DNA of 61,107 nt, the filler included, from an uncultured bacterium (GTDB lineage: Bacteria > Hinthialibacterota > Hinthialibacteria > Hinthialibacterales > Hinthialibacteraceae): assembly GCA_964449065.1 (NCBI GenBank). It is 4 parts of 4 records of this genome, joined end to end, with 100 filler letters (N's around TTAATTAATTAA, not from the genome) between each part and the next. Parts side by side here need not be neighbours in the genome. Positions count along the whole stretch, not along the records: positions 45,938 to 61,107 come from CAYVAZ010000104.1; 3 more parts are not named here. One strand, given 5' to 3'. Position 1 is the first letter of the stretch. Each line of letters starts with the position of its first letter. The notes under the pieces were generated by a model, which saw only the letters and a program-made list of their open reading frames with translations, searched no databases and had not been told where the DNA came from. This document shows, one piece after another, positions 51,226 to 59,189 of the stretch. Both the position numbers and the translations under genes were made by a program.

Positions 51226-52260
51226 TCACGTCTGCGACAGGCTGTCCAAATTGCCGGAAAGAATCTCGGCGACGGGTTTGGTGAGTTCCATGCGTTCGAA
51301 GCAGATTTTCATGATGGCGGTGATGGGGGCCGCCAAAAACATCCCGATGAATCCCCAGATGGTGCCGAAAAAGATCAGCGATAGCAGCACGGTCACCGGA
51401 TGCAATTGCAGCGAACCGCCCAAAATCATCGGCGTCATCACGTTGCCGATCGCGAATTGAATCGCCCAGGGGATCAGCAGCACCAAGACTTTCGCGGTGA
51501 TCGAAAGCTCCGGGCTTAAAAACGCAACCGGCAGCGGCAAGATGGTGGCAATGATGGAACCGATGTTCGGAATAAAGTTAAGCATAAACGCCAAAAACCC
51601 AAACAACCACGAAAACTGCACGCCCAAAATTTCCAACGTAGACCCCACCAACACGCCGGTGACGGCGGAAATAAAGAACATGGTGAGCAAATACTTTTGA
51701 ATCTTTTGCTTGATCTCTTCGAGTATCCCCCCGCTGGGCAGCGAGCCGGTGGTGCTGCCGATCAGCATGAAGATCATAAAGATCATTACCAGCACCCCGT
51801 TGGAGAGAATGTTGAGCACACTGTTGAGGATATTGGTGATAAAGGCGGTTATGCTGCGCCCCGGGTTGTTAAAGATGGTTTGGTTCAATTCGTCTTGGTC
51901 GATACCCACATATTCCAAAGGCAGGGCTTTGATGGTTTCGGAAATGAAGGTTCGGATTTCTTCTTGGTACGAATGCACTTGGGTGGTGGCGTGCCCCACC
52001 ATCAACGAAACCATGGTGGCAAACGCGATCAGGATGGCGCTGCCGAACAAGATGGTTAGGGTCACCGCCACATAACGGGGAAAGCGCAAATGCTTCATCA
52101 AAATATCAATAATCGGCGTTAAGCAATAGGTAAAAAACACCGCCAGCACAAACGGGATCAATACCGAGCTGAGCCACGCGAAGGCAAAGCCCAGCGCGAT
52201 GGCACTGAGGATCACCATGCAAACGGTTTGTACACGGATATTTTGTTCGGTTGCATCCAT
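51226..52260 (-). CDS. AI-2E family transporter
   Basis: LNFIPNIG; LHPVTVLLSLIF.G.IWG..GMFLAAP. Confidence 0.9.
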   Translation of the reverse strand: MDATEQNIRVQTVCMVILSAIALGFAFAWLSSVLIPFVLAVFFTYCLTPIIDILMKHLRFPRYVAVTLTILFGSAILIAFATMVSLMVGHATTQVHSYQEEIRTFISETIKALPLEYVGIDQDELNQTIFNNPGRSITAFITNILNSVLNILSNGVLVMIFMIFMLIGSTTGSLPSGGILEEIKQKIQKYLLTMFFISAVTGVLVGSTLEILGVQFSWLFGFLAFMLNFIPNIGSIIATILPLPVAFLSPELSITAKVLVLLIPWAIQFAIGNVMTPMILGGSLQLHPVTVLLSLIFFGTIWGFIGMFLAAPITAIMKICFERMELTKPVAEILSGNLDSLSQT

Positions 52261-52357
52261 CAGGGCGCGCTTTCTATCAGGTTTTGCTGATAAATAGTAG
52301 TACGTAGGAGCGAATCAAAAAGGTTTAGTGAAGGTTCATTTTTTGGTAAAAAACGGC

Positions 52358-52729
52358 TTACGCGGAATCCGCGAAAAAGATGTCGTCATCCGCGATATCG
52401 GGGATGCCGATGACCATGACCAAATGATCGCCTTCGGAGGAATGCACCGCCAGCGGGTCGATCTTCACCATGGTGCCGGGCGTGAGGTCGAAGGATTCGC
52501 CGTCGATGGTCATGGTGCCGCTGCCTTCAAGGATGTAGTAGAACTCGGTGGTGCGTTTGTGATAATGCGCTTTCGAACCGTTGATACGCACCACATGGCA
52601 AAACGCGGGGGTCTCGTCGCCGGTGCTGAACAGGCGCTGGCGGTAGCCGCAGGTGCTTTTTTCTTTCTCAACATCACTCAGGCGTCTCACTTCAAAGCGT
52701 TTTTCGGTTACGGACATGGGGGCCTCCAT
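52358..52729 (-). CDS. Cupin-2 domain protein
   Basis: HYHKRTTEFYYILEG...H. Confidence 0.85.
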   Translation of the reverse strand: MEAPMSVTEKRFEVRRLSDVEKEKSTCGYRQRLFSTGDETPAFCHVVRINGSKAHYHKRTTEFYYILEGSGTMTIDGESFDLTPGTMVKIDPLAVHSSEGDHLVMVIGIPDIADDDIFFADSA

Positions 52730-52855
52730 TTGGTTTTGAATTGAAATCTATTTTGTATTATAAAAGAATTGATTACGAAGAGTAATAGCAATTTAGAATA
52801 TGAACAACTCCACATTTGTGATATAATACTTCGATACATTGGTTAGAGGTGAATA

Positions 52856-53050
52856 ATGTCAAAGATCATTGATGTAAGTGATTTGCCGGATGAGAAAGTG
52901 AAGCAAATCGAGATGTATGTGGATCATATTCGATTGGATTTGAAGGGTCAATCGAATCCTAATAGTGTACATCACAATCCGAAATTGAAGTCATGGAAAA
53001 TCGGTGTGAAGGGAAATTGTTCCCGCGAAGAGATCTATGAGCATATTTAG
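52856..53050 (+). CDS. Small hypothetical protein, antitoxin-like, no cognate toxin seen
   Basis: GAGGTG RBS; LPDEKVKQI..YVD; ends SREEIYE. Confidence 0.5.
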   Translation: MSKIIDVSDLPDEKVKQIEMYVDHIRLDLKGQSNPNSVHHNPKLKSWKIGVKGNCSREEIYEHI

Positions 53051-53322
53051 AAATTGGTGTTTTATCCTGAATAAAAATGATAAAAGATAAATGGAATTCG
53101 AATGGAATGAACAGAAATCTATAAACAACATAGCCAAACATAGAGTTTCTTTTGAAGAAGCTCAGACCGTATTTGATGATCCTTTTTATGTTGATTTTTA
53201 CGATCCGGATCATTCCATTGATGAGCATAGATATATTATTATAGGTGAGTCTGAAAATGGGCGCCTTTTAATTGTGGCATATACAGAACGAAATGATAGA
53301 ATAAGATTAGGAAATTATATAC

Positions 53323-53351
53323 TTGACAAACCCAAACCATTTTAGTATAAT
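53323..53351 (+). promoter_or_regulatory. Consensus sigma70 promoter overlapping the IRL
   Basis: TTGACA (53323-53328), 17 nt, TATAAT (53346-53351). Confidence 0.8.
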
Positions 53352-53384
53352 TTTTACATAAAATAAGCAAAGAGGGTTTGTTTA

Positions 53385-54304
53385 ATGTGCGAGGAAACTA
53401 CTTTATTCAAAATCATGCAACGCTTTCCAGATGAAGACAGCGCAAGAAAGTACCTTGAAGATGTGCGCTGGAAGAATGGGAAGTTTTGCCCTAAGTGTGG
53501 CTCTACAGCCGAACCATACGCATTAAAGCCAAAAGAAAGTTCAAAGCGTCCAGTTCGTAGAGGCGTTTACAAGTGCCGTGATTGCCGTAAGCAATTCACT
53601 GTAACCGTTGGCACTATCTTTGAAGCCTCTCACATCCCGTTGAACAAGTGGTTTATCGCAATATTTTTGATGTGTGCTAGCAAAAAAGGTATCTCTGCCC
53701 ATCAAATTCATAGAATGTTAGAAATGACTTACAAATCTGCATGGTTTATGTGTCACCGAATTCGTTATGCGATGACCCAAGACCCTTATACAGATAAACT
53801 TAAAGGTGTTATTGAGGCTGACGAAACTTATGTTGGTGGAAAAGGTAGAGGCAAGAGGGGTCGTGGCGCTGAAAAAAAGACCCCGGTTTTTACACTGCTT
53901 CAGCGTGACGGAAAGGTCAAATCTACCGTTGTACCTAAAGTTTCTGCAACCAATTTAAAGGAACAAATTCGCCAAAATGTTCAAAAATCTGTTATAATTA
54001 TGACTGATGAATTTCGTCCCTATCATGGTTTGTATAAAGAGTTTGTTGAGCATCATGTTGTTAATCATGGTAGAGGCGAGTATATGTCAGAGGTAATGCT
54101 CATACAAATACCGTTGAGGGTTTTTTTAGCCTGTTGAAACGTGGTATAACAGGCACATTCCATCATGTCAGCAAAGAGCATTTAAAAAGATATCTTGCTG
54201 AATTTGATTTTAGATGGAATAACAAAGATGTAACAGACGGTGAGCGGACAGACAATGCCATCAAAGGATTTGAAGGCAAAAGGTTGATGTACCGCCACTC
54301 ATAA
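53385..54304 (+). pseudogene. IS1595 transposase with a 2-bp frameshift
   Basis: CPKC..CRDC Zn ribbon, EADETYVGG, MTDE; extra AT near 54081-54085; the other frame continues VRGNAHTNTVEGFFSLLKRG...YLAEFDFRWN to TAA 54304. Confidence 0.88.
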
Positions 54305-54317
54305 AACGGAAAAAATA

Positions 54318-55523
54318 ATGAGCGTTCGTCTCCCAATAAATCCCGATATAGTTGAATGGGCAATCTCTAGATATTCCTTAAATCTAGAGGAAATATCTAG
54401 ACGTATGAACATCAATACAAATAGTATAGAGTCTTGGCTTTCTAAAGAAAAAATACCAACTTTAAATCAAATACAAAAACTTGCAAATGCCTTAAGGATA
54501 CCACAAGGTTATTTGTTCCTTTCTCGCCCCCCAGAAGAAGAAGTAAAAATTCCAGATTTTAGAACGATTGGAAGCATAGAAAATAAGGTAATAAGCCCAG
54601 AGTTAAGAGATGTTGTAAATAGCACAAAAAGAAAGCAGTCTTGGCTAAAAAAATACTTGATACAAGAAGGAATTCCACCATTAGAATTTATTGGCAAGTT
54701 TAATAAAGATAGCAGTGTAATGGATGTAGCAACCAGTATTATTCAAACACTAAATATCGATACAAAACTCAGAAAAAAATGTTCTGATTTTGAAGCCTTT
54801 TTTAGGGCTATTGTCAAAAGAAGTGAATTAAATGGAGTTTCCGTGATTAGAAGAGGGTATCCTGGAGAATTTAAAACAAGAAAAATAAGTGAAAAGGAAA
54901 TAAGAGGTTTTGCTCTTTGTGATCAATATGCACCATTCGTATTTGTTAACACGAATGATTCCATTGCAGCACAAAATTTTACGCTAATTCATGAATTGGC
55001 TCATATATGGATTGGTGAAGAAGGTATTTCTAATGTGCCTTTAAATCGTGCTTCTAGATATAATAATGAAACTGAAAATTTATGTAACCAAATAGCTGCT
55101 GAAGTTCTTGCTCCTGATAAAATGGTAAGGCAATTCTGGAAGCACGATCAAGAATTGGAATATAATCTAAAAAGATTATCTAGACTTTTTAAAGTTAGTG
55201 TATTGGTGATGTTAATTAGATCCAGAGATGCTGAAATAATTACACAAAACGAATTTGATGATTTTTACAGAAAATGGTTGAACTTTTATAATGAACTTGA
55301 AGAAAAAAGAAAAGAAGAATTAAAAAACAGAGAAGATAAAAGGATTTCTATGAAAAATCCATTCTTTGCTAAAAACAGTAAATCTTTCTCTGTGAAAGTA
55401 GTTAATGCTGCACTGAATGGCGAAATAATGTATAAGGATGCCGCTAATTTGTTGGATAGAGATAATACTGAAATAATTGACAAAATCGCTACATATTTAG
55501 ATACGGAAACTCATCTTGGATAA
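54318..55523 (+). CDS. XRE-HTH + ImmA/IrrE metallopeptidase
   Basis: N-terminal HTH, PDFRT, FTLIHELAH, ENLCNQIAAE. Confidence 0.9.
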   Translation: MSVRLPINPDIVEWAISRYSLNLEEISRRMNINTNSIESWLSKEKIPTLNQIQKLANALRIPQGYLFLSRPPEEEVKIPDFRTIGSIENKVISPELRDVVNSTKRKQSWLKKYLIQEGIPPLEFIGKFNKDSSVMDVATSIIQTLNIDTKLRKKCSDFEAFFRAIVKRSELNGVSVIRRGYPGEFKTRKISEKEIRGFALCDQYAPFVFVNTNDSIAAQNFTLIHELAHIWIGEEGISNVPLNRASRYNNETENLCNQIAAEVLAPDKMVRQFWKHDQELEYNLKRLSRLFKVSVLVMLIRSRDAEIITQNEFDDFYRKWLNFYNELEEKRKEELKNREDKRISMKNPFFAKNSKSFSVKVVNAALNGEIMYKDAANLLDRDNTEIIDKIATYLDTETHLG

Positions 55524-56220
55524 ATACATATTCGATGCTAACAGCTTTATACAAGCAGAAAGAGACTTTTTTGACATTGATGTAGTTCCTGCATTTTGGG
55601 AATTTATTGAATGTGGCTCGAATACCTGTAAAATTTATAGCATCAAAAATATTTATACCGAAATTATTAAAGAACGTCATAAAGACAGGTATAGATTAAA
55701 AGAGTGGGCAAAAATAGCTTTACAAAACGGTTTCTTTATTGATTTTAATCCAGATGCCAATGAGATACTTCAATCAATTTATGATTTTGTAATACAAAAA
55801 TTTCAACCGCAACATTCTGAACTCTTTTTTAGAGGCGCTGATGCGTATTTAATTGCACAAGCAAAATATGACGGATCAACTATCGTTACTTTTGAAAGAT
55901 TAGAGACAAGCATTATCAATAGCCTTAATGACCCCACAAAAAATAATCATGATAATAAAGTTCAAATTCCAAATATTTGTAAAGTATTTGGAGTAAATTG
56001 TCATAGATTGTATGAATTTTTGAGAGAGACAAAACCTAGATTTGTATTAGAAGGTGGTAGAGAATGGACAAGAAACCAACAAACGAAAAGCCTATCTCAA
56101 TCCCCATCAACTTCGACGACGTTATGGAAGCGTTCGCCAACACGAACCCGCATAAAGATAAAGTCAAGCAAAAAGAAAGTTACGATTCGGACAAATCGAA
56201 AGAAGAAGATTAAGCTTTAA
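55516..56220 (+). CDS. DUF4411 (PIN-like) protein
   Basis: YIFDANSFIQA..PAFWEFI..GADAYLIAQA..IVTFE..KVQIPNIC. Confidence 0.82.
   Translation: MDKYIFDANSFIQAERDFFDIDVVPAFWEFIECGSNTCKIYSIKNIYTEIIKERHKDRYRLKEWAKIALQNGFFIDFNPDANEILQSIYDFVIQKFQPQHSELFFRGADAYLIAQAKYDGSTIVTFERLETSIINSLNDPTKNNHDNKVQIPNICKVFGVNCHRLYEFLRETKPRFVLEGGREWTRNQQTKSLSQSPSTSTTLWKRSPTRTRIKIKSSKKKVTIRTNRKKKIKL
56064..56213 (+). CDS. Small 49-aa ORF near the IRR, overlapping the DUF4411 tail
   Basis: AAGGTGG RBS; MDKKPTNEKPISIPINFDDVMEAFANTNP... Confidence 0.4.
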   Translation: MDKKPTNEKPISIPINFDDVMEAFANTNPHKDKVKQKESYDSDKSKEED

Positions 56221-56286
56221 ATAAGTTTTGGGTTTGCGAAATATATAATTACCTAAGATTAATTAGTTCAAGAGAAGTTACTCGAT

Positions 56287-56541
56287 ATGAAAGATTCGCC
56301 TACGAAGAAGATGACGGAAGAATTGAATGATGACCTTCGCCCGGAGTACGACCTGAAGAATTTGCGTATCAGGAAACTTGGACCGAAACGAAAGCAATTT
56401 GGAAAGACTGTTGTCCATCTGGAACAGGATGTTGCCGAAGTGTTTCCGAATTCTGAATCCGTCAATAAAGCGCTCCGTTTTTTGATTCGTGTGACGAAAG
56501 AGAACAAAACCGGGCATTCCAATACCGGCAGTGGTTCTTAA
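56287..56541 (+). CDS. BrnA-like antitoxin
   Basis: DDLRPEYD..VHLEQDVAEVFPNSESVNKALRFLI; overlaps the 3' fragment of brnT. Confidence 0.8.
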   Translation: MKDSPTKKMTEELNDDLRPEYDLKNLRIRKLGPKRKQFGKTVVHLEQDVAEVFPNSESVNKALRFLIRVTKENKTGHSNTGSGS

Positions 56542-56621
56542 GCCGGAATACTCTTCCTCCTACCTGACGAAACCGCACTCTTCTTGTAAGATAAATCATC
56601 ATCAATGGATGGAACATTCTT

Positions 56622-57017
56622 ATGGTTAAAGCGGCACTCAAGATCGGGGCGGTGGGCGAACGCCGTTTTGTGGTGAGCGAAAAACACGCGATTGATTTTT
56701 CCGGCGACGGTATGCCGGCGGTGCTTTCCACGCCGTGGCTGATCTGGTATTTAGAGCATTCCGGCCGTGAGGCGGTCAAGCCTCATTTTGATGAAGGAGA
56801 AAGCCTGGTTGGGGTGCACATCGATGTCGAGCATCTCGCCCCGACCCCGTTGGGCGAAGAGGTAACCTGCCGGGCGCGTGTGGTGCAGCGGCAAGGCAAG
56901 CGGGTGTACTTCCGGGTAGAAGCCTTTGACGAACACGAACAAATCGCGCGCGGCATTATTCAGATGGTCATCATTCAAGTCGAGCCGTTTGCGGCTAAAG
57001 TGAAAGAGAAACAATGA
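56622..57017 (+). CDS. FlK-like hotdog thioesterase
   Basis: VLSTP..LE..VG..IDVEHLAPTPLG. Confidence 0.85.
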   Translation: MVKAALKIGAVGERRFVVSEKHAIDFSGDGMPAVLSTPWLIWYLEHSGREAVKPHFDEGESLVGVHIDVEHLAPTPLGEEVTCRARVVQRQGKRVYFRVEAFDEHEQIARGIIQMVIIQVEPFAAKVKEKQ

Positions 57018-58111
57018 ATGCGTTTTTTCCAACACCGGCTATTTTGATCGATCTTGCGGTTGTGAAACGCAATCTCAAGCGCATGGAGGAATATGCCAAA
57101 GCGCATCACTTGGATTTACGTCCCCACATTAAAACCCACAAATCCATCTTTTTTGGTGAAATCCAATTTAATTTCGATACCAGCGGGTTAACGGTCGCGA
57201 AAGTTTCCGAAGCGGCGGTGATGTCAAATGTTTGCGATGAAATTTTGATCGCTTATCCTCTCGTGGATTCCTTTCAGATTCAGCAGGCGGCGAAAATCAA
57301 ACAACTAACCCATACCTTTATTACAGCCGATTCTTCGCGGCCGTTGGAAGAACTCAATGAGGCGTCCGGCAAGGTCTCACGAACTCCGGTTGGTGTGTTG
57401 GTGGATGTAGATGTGGGCTATCACCGCACGGGGGTGCAATCACCGCAAGAGGCGTTGAAGATCGCGCGGGAAGTGGAGAAGTATCCATATTTAGAACTGA
57501 TTGGGCTGTTCTGCTATTACGGCCATATCTCACAATATCAGCCGCATGAACAAGAACCGCATTTAAAGAAGGTATCCCAAATCCTTCGCGATGTGCTTGC
57601 GCTGTGGAAAGAGCACGGCATTGAAGCGAAAACCGTGTCCGGCGGATCTACCCCTACCGCCTATCAATCGCATTTGATTCCGGAACTGACGGAAATTCGT
57701 CCGGGAACATACATCTTTAACGACCGCAACAGCATCAGCAGCGGTTTCTGCACCATTGATGATTGCGCGGCGCGTGTTTGTGCGACAGTCGTAAGCACCG
57801 CTGTTCCCGGCAAGGTGGTTGTGGATGCGGGCAGCAAAACCCTTTCCAGTGACCGGCTCATTCACAATCCCGATGAAGCCGGGCATGGTTTGGTTGTTGA
57901 TTACCCCGAAGCCAAGATCACCCGCCTGTCCGAAGAGCACGGCGAGATCGATATTACGCAATGCGCGTCCGCTCCCCAATTGGGAGAGCGTTTGTACATT
58001 ATCCCCAATCACATTTGTCCATGTATCAACCTGCAAAACCAGGTGATGATTCTGCATGAAGACGGTTCCATTAAAGCGGAACCGGTAGACGCGCGCGGCA
58101 TGGTGGTTTAG
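57014..58111 (+). CDS. DSD1/D-threonine aldolase-type PLP enzyme
   Basis: RPHIKTHK, HRTG, GGSTPT, EIRPGTY, SEEHG, PNHIC. Confidence 0.9.
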   Translation: MNAFFPTPAILIDLAVVKRNLKRMEEYAKAHHLDLRPHIKTHKSIFFGEIQFNFDTSGLTVAKVSEAAVMSNVCDEILIAYPLVDSFQIQQAAKIKQLTHTFITADSSRPLEELNEASGKVSRTPVGVLVDVDVGYHRTGVQSPQEALKIAREVEKYPYLELIGLFCYYGHISQYQPHEQEPHLKKVSQILRDVLALWKEHGIEAKTVSGGSTPTAYQSHLIPELTEIRPGTYIFNDRNSISSGFCTIDDCAARVCATVVSTAVPGKVVVDAGSKTLSSDRLIHNPDEAGHGLVVDYPEAKITRLSEEHGEIDITQCASAPQLGERLYIIPNHICPCINLQNQVMILHEDGSIKAEPVDARGMVV

Positions 58112-58140
58112 ATTAGAGAAAAACCTCGAAGGAAACTATC

Positions 58141-58521
58141 ATGCGAAGAGAGCAAGTCATTGCCAGCAAAGGCGCTTCGCCGAAAGGCATCTACTCGCAG
58201 GGGATCATCGCGGAAGGCAAACAGTTATTTGTATCGGGGCAGGGACCGGTTGATCCGGTTACCGGAGAACTGCAACTCGGAGCCTTTGCCGAACAGACCA
58301 AACTCACCTTTCAAAATGTCACGGCCATTCTGGAAGCCGCCGGGACCGGCTGGAACAACGTCATCAAAGTAAACATCTATTTATCCACCCTCGATCATTT
58401 TGCCGAGATGAATGATATCTATAAAACCTTTGTGGAAGAACCATACCCGGCCCGCACAACGGTCGAAGCCGGTTTGAACCAAATCGCCATTGAAGTGGAT
58501 TGTGTGGCGTTGGTTCCGTAA
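58141..58521 (+). CDS. RidA/YjgF family protein
   Basis: YSQG, FVSGQ, MNDIY, PARTTV, IEVDC. Confidence 0.9.
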   Translation: MRREQVIASKGASPKGIYSQGIIAEGKQLFVSGQGPVDPVTGELQLGAFAEQTKLTFQNVTAILEAAGTGWNNVIKVNIYLSTLDHFAEMNDIYKTFVEEPYPARTTVEAGLNQIAIEVDCVALVP

Positions 58522-58601
58522 TCATAAAACAGTGTTTAGGCACGAGTGACAAGCACCGAACCCTCAAACAAAGCCTTAAGGGATATAGCGAAGAAGAAAC
58601 G

Positions 58602-58773
58602 TAATAGGTCAGCGGTGTGAAGTGAAAAATCAAAAAGAGGTTCCTTATTCCTCCCCCAATGCAATGGGGGAGGTAGGGGGGGTAAGACACTCTCTTACAA
58701 AACCGGATCAACCCTCCCCTAACCCCTCCCAGGCTTGGGTGGGGGAGTCTCTCTTCAAACGGCTGACCAATTA
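58602..58773. mobile_element. MITE-like element (172 bp) with 21-bp terminal IRs and internal hairpins
   Basis: TAATAGGTCAGCGGTGTGAAG vs (reverse complement) TAATTGGTCAGCCGTTTGAAG, 18/21 match. Confidence 0.7.
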
Positions 58774-59000
58774 CGAAGAAACAGTATTGTTTCTTCGTAC
58801 GTGAGATGTTATATGAATCCCGCCTTTTTGGGATTAAGATGATTGGAGTACAAAAAAAGGTGAAGTTGCGTAAATGATGATTGACTACTACTTAAAAGAG
58901 AAATTGGTTACGGACCAAGTAATCTAAATCATACGCAAGGACTATCGTCTTCTCCCTTTAGGAAAAGATAAGAGATGAGGGCGAAGAGAACGGTTGCTCC

Positions 59001-59117
59001 TTATGACGCAGTAGTGTACAAAAAGGGGATTGTCACCAAACACCCTCACCCCGTCCCTCTCCCAGTGGGCGAGGGCGATAGATACTGCGAACGATTCAAA
59101 TAACGAGCATGTCGTAA
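59001..59117. repeat. Dispersed repeat, second copy of the 15335-15410 family
   Basis: Shared CCCTCACCCC..CCCTCTCCC.GTGGGCGAGGGCGATAGAT; weak termini TTATGAC/GTCGTAA. Confidence 0.65.
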
Positions 59118-59189
59118 CAAATATGTAATATCTGTTAGAATTTATTTATTTCAGAACCAGATTCAGAACAATGAATATAGGGGAGATCA

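Larger units (their letters stand above)
53310..56253 (+). mobile_element. IS1595-family element with passenger genes (2944 bp)
   Basis: IRL GGAAATTATATACTTGACAAACCCAAA vs IRR (reverse complement) GGTAATTATATATTTCGCAAACCCAAA, 23/27 match; 8-bp TSD TAAGATTA at 53302-53309 and 56254-56261. Confidence 0.93.
53091..56330 (+). pseudogene. brnT: BrnT toxin split by IS1595 insertion (53091-53309 + 56262-56330)
   Basis: Removing the IS and one TSD copy restores ...ERNDRIRL-ISSREVTRYERFAYEE... in frame (95 aa). Confidence 0.9.

Noticed and set aside
46699..53350. Classical integron cassette array
   Set aside because: No integrase in the window, genes on both strands, and no clear RYYYAAC...GTTRRRY attC sites recognised.
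58622..58804. 60-aa ORF
   Set aside because: Lies within the MITE-like element and merely translates its hairpins.
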